64,000 nt of DNA, taken from Mantamonas sphyraenae STR306 (lineage: Eukaryota; Protista; CRuMs). Positions 21,335 through 34,500 of the stretch are shown one piece after another. Within the stretch, counting starts at the first letter, position 1. Every line of letters starts with the position of its first letter. The position numbers were made by a program, and so were the translations under genes. The DNA lies in the NCBI GenBank assembly GCA_026936335.1, contig JAPMXV010000058.1, positions 124,001 to 188,000 on the forward strand. Direction: 5' to 3'. The notes beneath the pieces are model-generated. The model was given only the letters and a program-made list of their open reading frames with translations. It did no database searches and had not been told where the DNA came from.

Positions 21335-22562
21335 TCACTCCTCAACATCCATGCCACCATCGCTGCTACCCGACGTGCTGCTGCTCGTGTTGTTGTTGCC
21401 AGCCGTTGCGTCGTCGCCCTCGTCGTCATGGCGCTTCACATCGGCCATCTTCTCCGCCAGCCACTTGTTGAACCTGTCCGCATCGCCCACTCCCTGCTTG
21501 GCAAACAGCGCTCCCACTCGCTTGTTGCGTCGCTTGCGTGCCTCGTTGGAGCGGAACAGAAAGTCCTCCGTGCCGTTGGCAAAGTGCAACCGGTAGTCCT
21601 CGATGCCAATCTTGCACTCCAGACCGTTGCGCACCAGCAGGCCATCGGTATACTGTGCATCCTTCCCGTTGGCACTCACCAGTCGATCCAACACCACCTT
21701 GCTGTCTGCCCCGTCCAGCAGCTTCTGTGCCTCCTCGTCAAACTCTCCGCTCAGGTACTGTTCCACGTACCGCGACCACCGTTCGTCCAGCGGCCGCTGC
21801 GCAAGCGATGTGTGCACCGTGTCCAGCAGCTGCAACGCCACAGTCACACCCTGGTCTGTCGACGTGCGTGTGGCCTTGAACACGTTCTCCTCGCCCAGCA
21901 GCGCAATGGCGTTGGAAAAGTACACCGTGTCGTCGTAGCCGCCCTCCTTGCTGTTTTCGTACTTGAACAGGCTCGCCAGTTCCTTGTTCTCCTCCTCACG
22001 CACACACTGTTCCAGCTGCTTGCCGATGGCCATCATCATGCGGTCCATCGTAAACAGCACGTACGCGTCCACCCCAAACAAATCCCTGCACTGGTCCTCG
22101 TACTTGGACTGGTCCGACGACGGCTCCAGATGGTCCTTCAGCACGCGCAGGTACGCCACATACTTGTGCTCCCTGTCCTTCAGCAGTTGCTCGTACTTGT
22201 CGTGTGCATCTGCAGGATAGTAGATCTCGGCGCTCGGCGTGGGGATGTCGTTTGGATCCCGCTTGTTGGCCACCGTCACCTCCCCCTGCATGCTCTTGGT
22301 GCTCTGCAGACGCTCGTAGAACCGTTGCATCAGCCGCAGGAGCACGTACACGGTGTTGTTGCCGTACATCACGCTCCTGTTGGGTGCCATACCGCGTGCC
22401 GGTCCCTTGTGCGGTCCCACAAACTTGGTCACCGTCACAGGCTTTGCCTTTTGACTTGTGTCCACCAGCTCCTGTTCCTCCGCCTGCTTCTTCTTGCTCC
22501 CTCCCCTCCCTGATCCTCTTCCTCCTCCTCCTCGCTTGCCTCCCCTGCGCTTGCCACGTCCC

Positions 22563-22594
<32 letters not shown>

Positions 22595-24343
22595 TGCACT
22601 GCTGCTGCTGCGTGCCTTGCGTCGTGCGCCTGCCTTTCCTCCTCGTCCACCAGTGCCTGTGCCCTTGTGGCTGCTGCCTTGCTCCTCTTCCACATCCATG
22701 CCATCGTTCTCCTCCTCAGCCTCTTCCTCCTCCTCCTCCTCATCATCATCATCATCGTCATCATCTTCCTCCTCCTCATCTTCCTCCTCCTCTTCATCAT
22801 CCTCATCCTCATCATCATTCTCATCGTCGTCGCTTCTGCTGCTGCTGCTGCTGCTGCTGCTCGTGCTCGTGCTTGTGCTGCTGGCCTTGGAGGAGACGTC
22901 GATGCCCAGGAAGGGTTCCATGACCTCCACCCAGAACGTGTCCAGACGCCGCCGTGTGGTGTTGGACATCTGCACGCGTGCGTAGTGTCGAATCACCTGG
23001 TACATGTCTGCAAACACGTCCATGTCGTCAAACTCAAACACAAAGTGCGGATCGTTCAGGTTCTGCTCGCCCACCACGGGGGGCACGCTCTCGTTGCCGT
23101 GTTCCGCCTCCGCCCTCTCCTTGCGCCTTTCCTCGTCCTTGCCCTTGATTTCGTTCAGCAGCGACTTGCTGTGCATCTCCTTGCGGTCCCGGCCCTTGAA
23201 GTGGATGCTCTGGTGGTCCAGCGAACGAGCCCAGTTCTTCTCAATCACCTCGCGCCAGATCTTGTTCCACTCCTGCCGTGCGTACTGCCAATCCCGATCC
23301 TTCTGCTTCAGCCTGCGCAACACCACCGGCAGCGCCTTGTGTGGCTGTGCATACATGGCCTCAATCACCTTGTGGCCGTGTTCGCTGCCATACACGCGCT
23401 CCACACTCTTTTCGTTGCGCGAGTTGAGCGACGCCGCAGGGATGCGATAGCCAGCACGGTCCTCCTTGGGCAGAGCCTCCATTTCGTCCACCAGCGCCTG
23501 CAGCGCACGGATGGCACTTGCGTTGTGTTCGATCAGCATGTCCAGTTCGAAGCGGTCGTCCTCGCACTTGAACAGCGCCTCCTGGTACGTGTTGTGTGTG
23601 GCTGCAATGAAGCCAAAGTCCTCCGAGCCCGTGGGCACAGACACCCACTGGTCGTTGAGCACCTCGTCACACAGCGCCGTGCGTCCGCTGGCCTTCAGGT
23701 CCGGATAGTTGTCCGGCAGCGCACGGTACGACGGTCCCATGCGTTGCAACTGCGTAAAGTCCACCTCGTTGAAGTCCAGGTTCTCCAGGTCCACGTCGTT
23801 GCCTTCGCTCACGTCGAACGACGAACGACGCGGACGTGCCACCGCCGCCGCCGCCGCCGCCGCACGTCGGCTGTTGTCGTCGCTGTCCATGCGCACAAAC
23901 TGGCGAAAGTGTTCAAACAGGTCCACGTGCGAGCCCAGAATCTCACGGATGAGGTTGATAAACTCTTGCTTGCTCAGGATTTCCATGCTGTAGAGGTTGA
24001 GGCACTTGAGAAACTCCGCGTACAGCTCCATGCTCAGGCGCTGTTTCACCTTTTCGAAAAAGTCCCATTCCTTGGGTGTGCCTGGGAAGGAGAATGCCTT
24101 GCGGTTGCCATTGCTATCCATGCCACCGGCTCCACCTGCTCCTCCTCCTCCTGCTCCACCTGCCTGTGCTGCCGCCGCCGCTGCTGCCATGGCTGCCTCC
24201 TCCTCCTCCCTCTCACGCTGCTTCTTTGACTTGCGTCCTCCGCGCTTGGGTTTGCCTCCTGCGCCTGCCCCTCCACCCATGCCTCCAAGGCCGCCCATGT
24301 CCCCTCCGTCGCCCCTCCTGCGTCCTCCACGTCCCCTCTTGCC

Positions 24344-24374
<31 letters not shown>

Positions 24375-25753
24375 CCTACTCCACCGGCAAGGCCGCTGAG
24401 TCCACCCATGTCTGCGCCACTGCCATCCAGCACCATGGCCTGTGCAGGCGGGGGCAGGAACTGCTTAAACTCCTCCAGCAGGTCCGGGTGTCCACGGAAC
24501 AGGGTGGCCACCTGGTTGTACACCTCGTCAATGGTGTGGTGTTCCTTCTGTGCACAAATCTTGATAAACTCCGTGTAGATGCTGGGCTGGTGCTCAAACC
24601 GCCGCCAGATCTTCTGCACATACGTGATGGCCTGGTCCTCGATGGGTGCGTTCATGTCCCCACCGGCTCCACCTGCCCCTCCGCCTCCTCCTCCGGGTGA
24701 CATCCCACCCGCCGCCGCCACAGCCGCTGCGTTGGCCATCCCTGCCCCTGGCAACATGCCGCCCACGCCCAACATGGGCATGCCTGCAGGCGACCCTCCC
24801 ATGCCCATCATCCCATAGTTGGCCCCTGCTCCTACCATGCCCATTGGAAGCCCACCTGCCTGTGGGAACCCCTGCTGAGCCTGCACTGCTGCCGCCGCTG
24901 CGTTGGCCCGTGCCTGCGCCGCTTGTTGCGCCGCCGCCGCTGCTTGTGCATTGTTTGACGCATTCTGACTCACGCCGCCGCCGTGCATGCCCTGCATGCC
25001 TGTGTTGCCGCTTCCACCCATGCCCATCATGTTGCCGCCTCCGCCGCCGTTGTTGTTGCCGTTGTTCGCCAGCGGTTCGATGCGGATGCGGAAATGCGGC
25101 GGCAAAAACGCGTTGAAGCCCAGAATCAGATCTTGGTGGCCTTGGAACAGCTCCGACACCTGCGCGTCCATCCAGCGCCCCAGCAGACGCATACCACGCC
25201 ACGCGCACACATCCCATGTGTACGTGTGTCCATCGCGCAGCGTACGGACGTGTGTGTGGGCGCAGTACGAGTGTGAAACGTCAGCGATGTGTGTGTGTGT
25301 GGCGGGAGTTGGAGGGGAAAATGGCGCGCCTCGGCGGCAGGAGGCCGCAAAAATCGAAAAAAGGCAATAAAAAGGGAGGCATTGCAGGGTATGTGTGTGT
25401 GTGGAGTGCAGGTGGAGGGCATGTGGAGACACGTACCATGCGAATGACGGTGAGGGTGTTGATGGCCTGTGCCTTAAAGTCGACCATGATCTCGACAAAC
25501 TTGTGGTAGACGTGCTCCTGGTCCAGAAAGTGTCGCCGCACCTTTTTGACAAACTCAAGCGCATCCTGCTCCGTCAGGTTGGAAAACTGGGACGGCGAAG
25601 GGTTCTGCGTCTCCTGCACATGCACAGTGTAGCCCTGGTCCGGGTCGTATCCGTTCCCGGCCTGCTGGAACGTGTGGATGGCTGTCGTCGTCGTACGCGG
25701 CGATCCGCTTTGCCCCCTTCCTGAGCCGGAGTTGGATGATGAGGATTCGCCTT

Positions 25754-25799
<46 letters not shown>

Positions 25800-26396
25800 G
25801 GATGACGATGGATCTGCCTGCGGCTTGTTGCTCGACTCCACCTCCATGCTGTCGCCTTGCGTGGTGTTGTGGTTGGAGCCGTCCTGGGCCGTCGTCTTTC
25901 CGGCGTCCTCGCCCAGGCTGGGTTCCTGTTTGGCGCCACCACCACCACTGATGGTGGGAAGGTTGTCAAAGTTCCCTTTGCCACCACCACCACCACGTGA
26001 GCCGGTCCCTTTGCTGTTGTTGTTGTTGTTGTTGCTGCCGCTGCTGTCCTCCACCGGTGTCTCTTCCTCATCAACCACCACCTCCTCCTCCCGTTCCTGT
26101 TGCTGCTTGCTATGTGCTCCTTCCTCCCCGTCCTTCACATCTGCCCCTTGGCTTCCTCCGTGTGTGTCCTCCACCTCCACCTCCTCCTCCTCCTCTGTCT
26201 GCCCTTCTGTGCGTTGCCGTGTGCGTCGGTTCTGTGCGTCGCTGCCATCGCCTGCATCTCCGTTGCCCTCAGCATTCTTCTGCATGTTTTCGCTCAGCTC
26301 CGCAGGCGACTTGCCATCCTCTCCATGCTCCAACGCCTCTCCCTCTGCCTCCTGCTTCTCCACCAATGCCTCTTCGCGCGCTCTCTTCCGTGACAT
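21335..26396 (-). CDS. SIN3: SIN3 paired amphipathic helix corepressor
   Basis: Three PAH domains (DALEFVKKV..LFQGHQDLILGFNAFLP; LFRGHPDLLEEFKQFLP; FFEKVK..YAEFLKCLNLYS), HID (GPSYRALP..NDQWVSVPTGSED, CEDDRFELD) and Sin3a_C; intron ~25436-25160. Confidence 0.95.
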
Positions 26397-26530
26397 CCTT
26401 GCTACTTGCGTTTGCAATTCGGAACGAGGAAAAGCTTGTCGCCCCCGTCGCCCCCGTCGCCGTCGCCTGCACACTCCCACAAATCACAACATTGGGCTGC
26501 TAGCATTGAAATCAACAAAAATGGGGGGTT

Positions 26531-27116
26531 TTACTGTTCCTCCTCCTCGGGGAAGGCTCCCGGTGTGAGCACCTTCATGATGGGCGCGGGCTCGGTCAGC
26601 CAGATGGCTGCCACCACGCCAGCGGCGCCCCACGAGACGGCTGTGGCACCCCAGCTACGGTTCCCAGAGGGGACGAGGGGGTGGGGATGGGGATGAGACA
26701 CACACAGACACAGAGAGAGAGAGAGAGGTGTGATGACAGTCCACGTGGCACACACAGTGGAAAGGACAGGCGGGGGTGCAACAACAACGCTGTGTCAGCA
26801 GAGGGCTTCGCTGAATTTTCCCCTCTCGCCACGCTTCCCCTCGCTCGCAGCACACTCTCCTGCGTCCACACTGGCCATTCAAGTGTGTATGGCACACGGT
26901 GCAATCCATGGATGGCATGTATGGTGCGTGTGCATCGTTGTGGTGCGCAGGGAAGGCGTGGAACGGCCAGGCCAGACGCGCATGGAACCTCTTTCCCACC
27001 CACCCCTACACACCACACACCCAATCACCAACCAACCACCACACACCACACACCACACACCACACAGCAACTCACTTGCGGACAATAGGCTTGACTTGGT
27101 TGACAATCGAGGGCAT
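26531..27116 (-). CDS. UQCR11: Cytochrome bc1 small subunit UQCR11/QCR10-like (54 aa, 2 exons)
   Basis: Exon 1 27116-27076 plus exon 2 26654-26531 (GTGAGT..TAG intron, 421 nt) splice to MPSIVNQVKPIVRNWGATAVSWGAAGVVAAIWLTEP..., matching the 'RNW.pTa..WGa.g.v...W.T' pattern. Confidence 0.75.
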
Positions 27117-27179
27117 GGTGTTGGGAATGTGTGCTTGGGTCGTTTCCAGTGCGGCTGCCGGGGCAAAACTGAGCCATCC

Positions 27180-29623
27180 ATGTCGTGGTTTGAAGCTGTG
27201 CATGACTACAGCAGCCAGGACGAACGGGTGATTGACTTTAAAAAGGGCGATCGGGTGTACATTGTGCAGCAGAACGGCGGCTGGTGGGAAGGCAAGCTGG
27301 AGGGCAAGCGCGGCTACTTCCCGTCCACCTTTCTGCGTCCTGTGGAAGACAACGACGACGGCGCAGACGAGGCCACCCACCCACTGTTCCATCGGCCCAG
27401 CAGCCATCCACAGGCCCATCCAAAGAGGCCATTCAGATCAGCAGCAGCGGCGGCGCAAGCGTGAAACCCGCCGGCGGTTCCAGCGCCTTGTCCGGTTCCT
27501 CCTCGGCACTGTCCAACAGCAGCAGCAAGAAGAAGAAGAATGGCGAGAACAGCGCTGGTGGCGGCGGCGGTGATGGTGCGTTGGGCACAGACAGTGTGGA
27601 TGGAGACAAGAAGAAGCAAGGAGAGGAGGAAGGGTCAGGGTCAGAGACGGCGGGGGAAGGCTCGCCCTTTGCCGATCTCGAGGCAGCCGTGCACCCGGCC
27701 ATCCTCTTGCAACAGGAACGCATGCGCAGCAGCGGTGCTGCTGGACAACAACAACAACACACGGGATCCTCTGGTGGCACCAGTGCCACCCACGATGAGG
27801 CCATGGAAACAGACAGCGACGATGAACCGTTCTTTCGACGCGTGTGGGAGGTGGAGGAGGGCTTGGAAGACCATCCCAACCACCAGCACGCAACCACCAC
27901 CACCACCACCACCACAGACACAGGCCACCACACCACCTCCCCACATGGCGAGTCTTCCTTTGATGGCTTCCACACAGACGGCACACGCATTGTCATGGCC
28001 CTCAGCGACAGCACACGCGTGCCGGAGTGGAGTGCCACAGAGGGCGACTTTGCCTTTCAATTTGGCTTGCTCGTCGTCGTCACCCAGGAGGCCACAGGCA
28101 ACGGCTGCTGGACAGGTTATGTCCTGGATGCACCTCACATCACACTGCAGGCACAGAACAACCCACTGTTCTGGCAGACAGTCAGCTTCCTCCAGGTAGG
28201 CAGGCGCAGAAAGCCACGCGAACCCCCTTTTTTTGCGTTGTTGGGTTTTGTTCCTCCGTAGCCGCTGCTGACACACACACACTGTCTCTGCATGGCACAG
28301 ACGGATGGAGATGTACAGGGAGTGCGCATGTCGACCACACATGCGTTGAATGTGATGGACACGTCGTTTGTGGGGGAAGCGAGTGTGAATCTGGGGGCAG
28401 GCACGGAAAACACCAAGCTGCTGGTGTTGAAGCATGGCTCCGACAAGGCCACAAGCAAGGCACGCAGTGTATCGAGAGCAATGATGAAGGATGGCACAAA
28501 ACAGAGCCAAACGACCACCACAGGACCCAGTGGTGGGGAGGACAGTGTGCGTGGGGGCAGCAGCAGGCAGGGCAGCAGCAGCAGCAGCAACAGCAACAAC
28601 AACAACAAGGTGCGTGCGGTGGCGCTGGCAGACTACAAAGCCACGGAAAAGAACATGGTGGATCTGATCAAGGGACAGGAGGTGATTGTGTTGAAGGAGG
28701 AAAAGAGTGGATGGTGGTTGGGACGCACCGCAGACGGGATCAAGGGGTACTTCCCTGCCACCTATGTCAAGAAGCTGGAACCCACGGATGGCGGCGGTGG
28801 CGGTGGCGGTGGTGGTGGTGATGGAGACTACAACAGCAACGGTGACCTCCGTTCGGCGGAAGCGTCCATGGGAAGCGAAGGAAGCAGCAGCGGGGTGGGC
28901 AGTGACGAGGACGAAGCCATATCCTCCTCTTCGTCATCGACCACCACCACAACAACGGGCAGTGGGGCTCCAAATGCCTCCTCCTCCTCCTCCTCTTCCT
29001 CGTTGGGTGCATCCACCTCATCAGCCAATGGCGGCGTGAGCTTTGCCGCGGGAGGGAGCGATGCAAACGACAACGACGAGGACGACGACGATGATGATCG
29101 CTATGCCAAGCGCTCGTTGTCGTCCGTGGGACGACGCAAGGTGCGCAAGGATGTGGATGATGAGGATGACGAGGATGACGATCGTCACGGCTCACCGCTG
29201 AAGCGATCGGTGAGCACAGGGATGAACCGCAACAGGCTAAACCCAGGCGGCAAAGCAAAGCGAGTGTTTGACATCAGCTTTGACCCGTGGAAGATGGGCG
29301 CTGCAGACATCAAAGAGGCCAAACGAGAGGGTTTCATGACCAAAACCAAGCGTGGCAAAGCTGGATTGACGTCGTGGAAGAAGCGATGGTTCTGTCTCAA
29401 GGAGCAATACCTGATCTACTACAAGAACAAGTCGGACAAGTCGCCCACGGGTGTCATCTCCCTCAACGGCGCCAACACCAACATCCCCAACGACAAGAAG
29501 AAGGCCTACTTTGAACTGACCACCACCGAGAACATCACATATATGCTCGGGTGCGACAACAAGGAGTTGTGCGAGGCATGGGTGGCGGATCTCAACCAGA
29601 CCCTGGCTGATCTCATGGCCTGA
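27180..29623 (+). CDS. Multi-SH3 + PH domain adaptor protein
   Basis: SH3 (AVHDY..WWEG..GYFP), degenerate middle SH3, SH3 (ALADY..WWLG..GYFPATYV) and C-terminal PH (SWKKRWFCL..EAWVADL). Intron ~28196-28300; 1-bp frameshift near 27376. Confidence 0.85.
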
Positions 29624-29756
29624 ATTGTATTGGCCACATAAAAGAGAGATTGTGGGGGGTGGGGGCATGGGAGGGGAAGGAAGGGGAGAAGAATAATGTA
29701 CACTCATGAATGGACTCTCATCAGCGCCATGGGATCCACAGCATTTTGCCGAAGAA

Positions 29757-31481
29757 ATGTTTGCGCGGCAGACGAGATGGTCTGGAACCACCAGGGTGTT
29801 GTTGGCACGGGCAATGGAAGGAGGTGGCGGTGGTGGTGGCAGCAGCATGAGAGGGATGGCTACGAGGGCAAGGGGGACCAGGGATGGGGCTGTGTTTCGT
29901 GTGGCGGTGGTGGGACGACCGAATGTGGGCAAGAGTTCGCTGGTAAACAGACTGGCCGGGAAGAAGGTGGCCATTGTGCACAACACACGCGGGGTCACAC
30001 GGGACAGGCACACAGTGGAGGTGAGGTTGGCACGCAGGGTGGTGACTGAATTGATGGACACCGCCGGGGTGGAACGGGTGTACGGGCGCAGGGAACACAT
30101 TGACGAGGACATGGAGGGTCAAATGTTTGTGCAGACCCAACGTGCAGTGGAGGACAGCCATGCGGTGGTGTTTGCCCTGGATGTGAGGGAAGGGTTGACG
30201 GCACAGGACAGGGAGACGGCGGAGTGGCTCAGGAAACAGGGCAAACCCGTCCTTGTGGTGGCCAACAAGCATGACATGATGGCACGCGGCTCCTTCATGC
30301 GCCATCAAATCCCACCCGAATGGACCCTGAGTGTGCAGGAGGCTGAAGCATTGGCTCTGGGCCCTGTGCTTGCCGTCAGTGCAGAGGATCAGTCCGGCGT
30401 CGGCGAACTCGTCGATGCACTGATCAATGTGTACGAGGAACATGTGGAACCAACCCATGTGATGGTACAAGGACGAGTGGATGATGTGGTGGGTGAGGAG
30501 GTGGACAGCGAGGGAACGGAGAAGGAGGAGGACGAGGAAGACGACGGACCCAAGCAGGTTCGTGTGGCCATTGTGGGCCAACCCAACACAGGCAAGTCGA
30601 CACTGTTCAATCACATGCTGGGGGAGCAGCGAGCGGTGACGAGTGCAACGCCGGGGACGACAAGGGATGCCATTGCGGGAGAGGTGGAGCACGGAGAGTG
30701 GCACGTGCAACTGGCAGACACAGCTGGGGTGAGACGTGTCATGGCACGTGCAGACGTGGTGGAACGCGAAGCCATGCATGAGACACAGCGTGTGGTGCGT
30801 TTTGCCAACGTGGTGGCCCTGATGGCCGACGTGAGTGCAAGCACACGCGATGCACTGCACAGCGGCACACGTGCAAGCGCACAGCCATTGGACGACCAAT
30901 TTGTGCAGGGTGCCCAGTTGGGATGGCAATCGATCCTGCGACGTGGCGACCTGCGCATTGCCCAGCAGGCTGTGGATGAGGGCCGTGCCGTGGTGTTGCT
31001 TCTCAACAAGTGTGATCTGTTGAGTCATGAGCAGGATGTGGCCAAGGCCATGAAGGCCATGCAGGCTCAGCTGCAGCGATCGTTTGCCCAGCTGCGCAAT
31101 GTGCCATGTGTGGCCATGAGTGCTGAACAGGGCACAGGCGTCACCGAAGCCCTGGATGCCATTGTGGACGTGTATCAACGCTGGGACACACGTGTGCCCA
31201 CCGCTCGCCTGAACGAGTGGGTGCAGAACATGGCCTTCCAACAGGAGTTGGCCGGTTCGGGACTCATGGCTCGCCACAAGATCAAGTTCCTGACTCAGGT
31301 CAAGAGCAGACCACCCACCTTTGCTCTGTTTGTCAAAGGACGTGCCAAAGCCATGCCCAACAGCGTCATCCGCCACTTTCGCAACTCCCTCTGTGACACC
31401 TTTGGCTTCCACGGCGTGCCCATCCGTCTCCACGTCCGTGGCAGTGGCACTCGCAAGGGCAAGGAACGACGTGAAGCGTAG
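29757..31481 (+). CDS. der: Der/EngA double GTPase, probably mitochondrion-targeted
   Basis: Two G domains (GRPNVGKSS/GVTRD/DTAG/NKHD and GQPNTGKST/GTTRD/DTAG/NKCD) and a KH-like end 'RPPTFALF..FGFHGVPIRL'. Arg-rich leader; start could be 29706. Confidence 0.92.
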   Translation: MFARQTRWSGTTRVLLARAMEGGGGGGGSSMRGMATRARGTRDGAVFRVAVVGRPNVGKSSLVNRLAGKKVAIVHNTRGVTRDRHTVEVRLARRVVTELMDTAGVERVYGRREHIDEDMEGQMFVQTQRAVEDSHAVVFALDVREGLTAQDRETAEWLRKQGKPVLVVANKHDMMARGSFMRHQIPPEWTLSVQEAEALALGPVLAVSAEDQSGVGELVDALINVYEEHVEPTHVMVQGRVDDVVGEEVDSEGTEKEEDEEDDGPKQVRVAIVGQPNTGKSTLFNHMLGEQRAVTSATPGTTRDAIAGEVEHGEWHVQLADTAGVRRVMARADVVEREAMHETQRVVRFANVVALMADVSASTRDALHSGTRASAQPLDDQFVQGAQLGWQSILRRGDLRIAQQAVDEGRAVVLLLNKCDLLSHEQDVAKAMKAMQAQLQRSFAQLRNVPCVAMSAEQGTGVTEALDAIVDVYQRWDTRVPTARLNEWVQNMAFQQELAGSGLMARHKIKFLTQVKSRPPTFALFVKGRAKAMPNSVIRHFRNSLCDTFGFHGVPIRLHVRGSGTRKGKERREA

Positions 31482-31532
31482 CGCACCCAAAATGTACACC
31501 CAATCGTCATCCACAATGTCCATGAGGAACAC

Positions 31533-34500
31533 ATGACATCCCTCGACCACTTCCTCCCCACCAATCATGTTCCTGCACTCGCCTGCATGCGTCATCTCGG
31601 CAAACTGTTCACGACGATGGTGAGTCGTTTCGCTTGGAAAGCCTTCTCAACGCCGTACACACACACACACACGCTCACACACACACTCACTTTCCCCCGT
31701 AGGACGAGGATTGGGACATTGCCGACGAGGGCCAGGACAACACCCCGGCCTTGGTAGGCATTTCTGCCGATCCACTGGCGGTCGGGGAGGATTGGGGCGA
31801 CGATTTCGACTGGTCCGACGACGACGAGGACGCAACGAGTACGTGCACGCGAGAGCCAGAGTGAAGCCCAGCAAACCAGAGGGCATTGCCAGCGCCTTCC
31901 ACATGCGCATGAGATGGCATGTGTGCACAGCCATGGACATCACACACTGACACTCACTGGGGCTCTGAAACGAAAACGTTCCAGTCGGCTCCATGGTTCG
32001 GAGCAATAGCGTGGCTGAGGTCGATCAGTCCCTCCTGGATGCACATACAGAGGAGGAAGTGGCTGTGCTTAAGCTACTTGTGGACATCAGCCACCATTTT
32101 ACAGGTGGGTTCCCCCAGTGTGGCACACCCCGGCGTGTGGTGTGATGTGTGATGCCCCCTTGGTTTCCCCTCTCACACACACCCGCATGACACAGACTTT
32201 GCCCATCAGCTGGAAGAGAAGGTGCAGAAGCGCACCAAACGATCCACCAATGCGCCCGTGGATGACATCATGGGTACGTGGAGAGCGTGGGATGGCGTGT
32301 CGGCGTGTTTTTGTGTCCGCGAGATGATGATGATGGGAGGCAGCGGAGGAAAAGGGACTGACGCCCGGTATTTGGCCACTGGACGGCGGCATGTGCATGC
32401 ACACACCTTGCACGCGACATACGCGGGTGCCATGATGAATGCACGTGTGTGACCGCCGTGTTGCATCTGCGGCGTGTGTGTGGTGGCGTGTACAGGCGTG
32501 GGAACAATGCTGGACCAGGAGACAAAAGGCAAGCAAGTGGAAGTGGCCGAGTGGAAAGTGGCCATGGCAGTGGGCAAGGAGGACGCGCTGGCCGAGTGTG
32601 AGGCCCTGTGGGATCTGGCCGAAGTGCATTGGACACATGGCAACTTCTCCAAGGTGATGGAGACGCTGGACAAGGCAATAGGGCGGTTTGAGGCCAGCGA
32701 AGAACTGCTGCTTGCGCCCTCTTCCGCCTCCAGCGCACTGAGTGTGCTCAGCATGGCAGCCACAGGGCTGTCACCCACAGACAAAGACACAGAACACAAC
32801 GACACACTGGGCACCGACGACGATTGGGACGCGGTGGACGATGAGGACGGCCTGGAGGTGGATCCGTTCAACAGCTCGCCACCCAGGCGGAGGAGCAGCA
32901 CGTCGTTGTCCCATGGACCTGCCATCCTCTACGTCAAGAGTCTGTTCCGATCGGGGCAGGCTGCATTGCAGGAGTGGGACACGGATCAGGCGTTGGTGCG
33001 CTGGCAAAAGGCAACCAAGCTGGCCGAATCGATGAAGTTGCTGGACCTGTTGCCGGACATCTACTTCCAATTGGGAGTGTTGTACCAGGAGCATGTGGAC
33101 GACGACATTAAGAGTGCCCTGTACTTTGCTCACTATGTGCGCATGGTCAGTGTGTTGGGAGGCGACACCGTGGCGCTGGCCGATCTCAGCAACGTCAACT
33201 GGACCAAGTACTGCGTGGCACTCTACCAACTCGGTTGCACCGCTTCCGTCCTCGGTGCAGAGTCCATTGCCGTCGAGTTTCTCAAGGGTGCCATCACCGC
33301 AGCCAACGGCGTGGGCAACGACGACCTGGCCGCAGACGCCGTGGAGAAACTGGAGATGGTGCGCATGCGCATGGACGTCCGCAAGGGCTCCTCTCTGTTC
33401 TCTGCCCATTCCGACGTGCAATCGAACAGCAGTGCAGGCAGTGGAGACACAGGCGGAGGCTCGGACGGGTTGGCCAAATTTGACGAGAGCAGCAAGCCGC
33501 ACAGCGGGGGCACAGGAGGCACAGGTGGAGCTACAGGAGGAGGAGGAGGAGGAGGAGGTGGTGGTGGTGGTGGAGGAGGGGCGGGTGGCAAGGCCAAGAT
33601 GGATCTGAGTCGATTTGCAGATGCCAACAGCGAATCATCGGACGAGGATTGGGACATGGAGTTGGCCATGGAGGAGGGAGGCAACGTGGAGGACGAAGTG
33701 GCGGCAGAGAAGAACAGGCTGGCGGCGCTGTTTCGTGACTCGTTGGGCAACGAAACAGAGTGGGATGCCACCACGGTGCCTGCCAAACATCTGCTGCTGG
33801 ATGACAAGCCCGCCCTGCACATCATCAAGTACCCGAAGCCGTCCATGCTGTACTCCATCCGCACACGTGACGATCGCAAGAAGAACTTCAGCGAGGCCGG
33901 GTTGGAGGCGTGGCTGGCGGGTTTGGTGTCCAAGCACACGGCCAACATCAAGAGCGAACACATCCCGAAACCCATGGTGGAGCTGAAGAGCAGACTGACG
34001 TTTGTGAGCCGCTTCTCCAAGGAGTGGGCACAACTGTTTCTGGTGATGGCACGCAAGCTGTACCGGGACGCACGCAGGGACGATTGCTGGACCATTGTGC
34101 GTTGCTTCTTTGACGAGATTGCCGGCCTGGCCAGGCTACGCGAAGGCAAGTCGAAGCTGAAGCCCATTGGCCAGGTGCGCGAGGCCCTGTTTGACAGCGT
34201 TGTGCAGATGCTGTCGTTGGCAGGCAAGTTCTCGCGAGGCAACAAACGCGACAAGTTCCTGGACATGGTCAGCGCGGCCGAGACGCTGGATCCCGGGATG
34301 GCCGAGACCTTCAAACTGGTGGAGGCCGAGGTGGAGGCACACCACCTGCGCAAGTACATGGGGGAGGCGTTCAACAGCACCGTCACGGTGTTCTGCGCAC
34401 TGTACAGAAACACACACGCGCAGGTGGGCGAACTGCCCTCGATCTTCGACATGCGCGACGAGCAGGGCGAACTTCGCACCACACTCAAGGGCCAGGAGCC

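Noticed and set aside
26521-26568. + strand ATG (MGGFTVPPPRGRLPV) as an upstream exon of the SH3 gene
   Set aside because: It overlaps the 3' end of the better-supported UQCR11-like gene on the - strand and stops after 15 codons.
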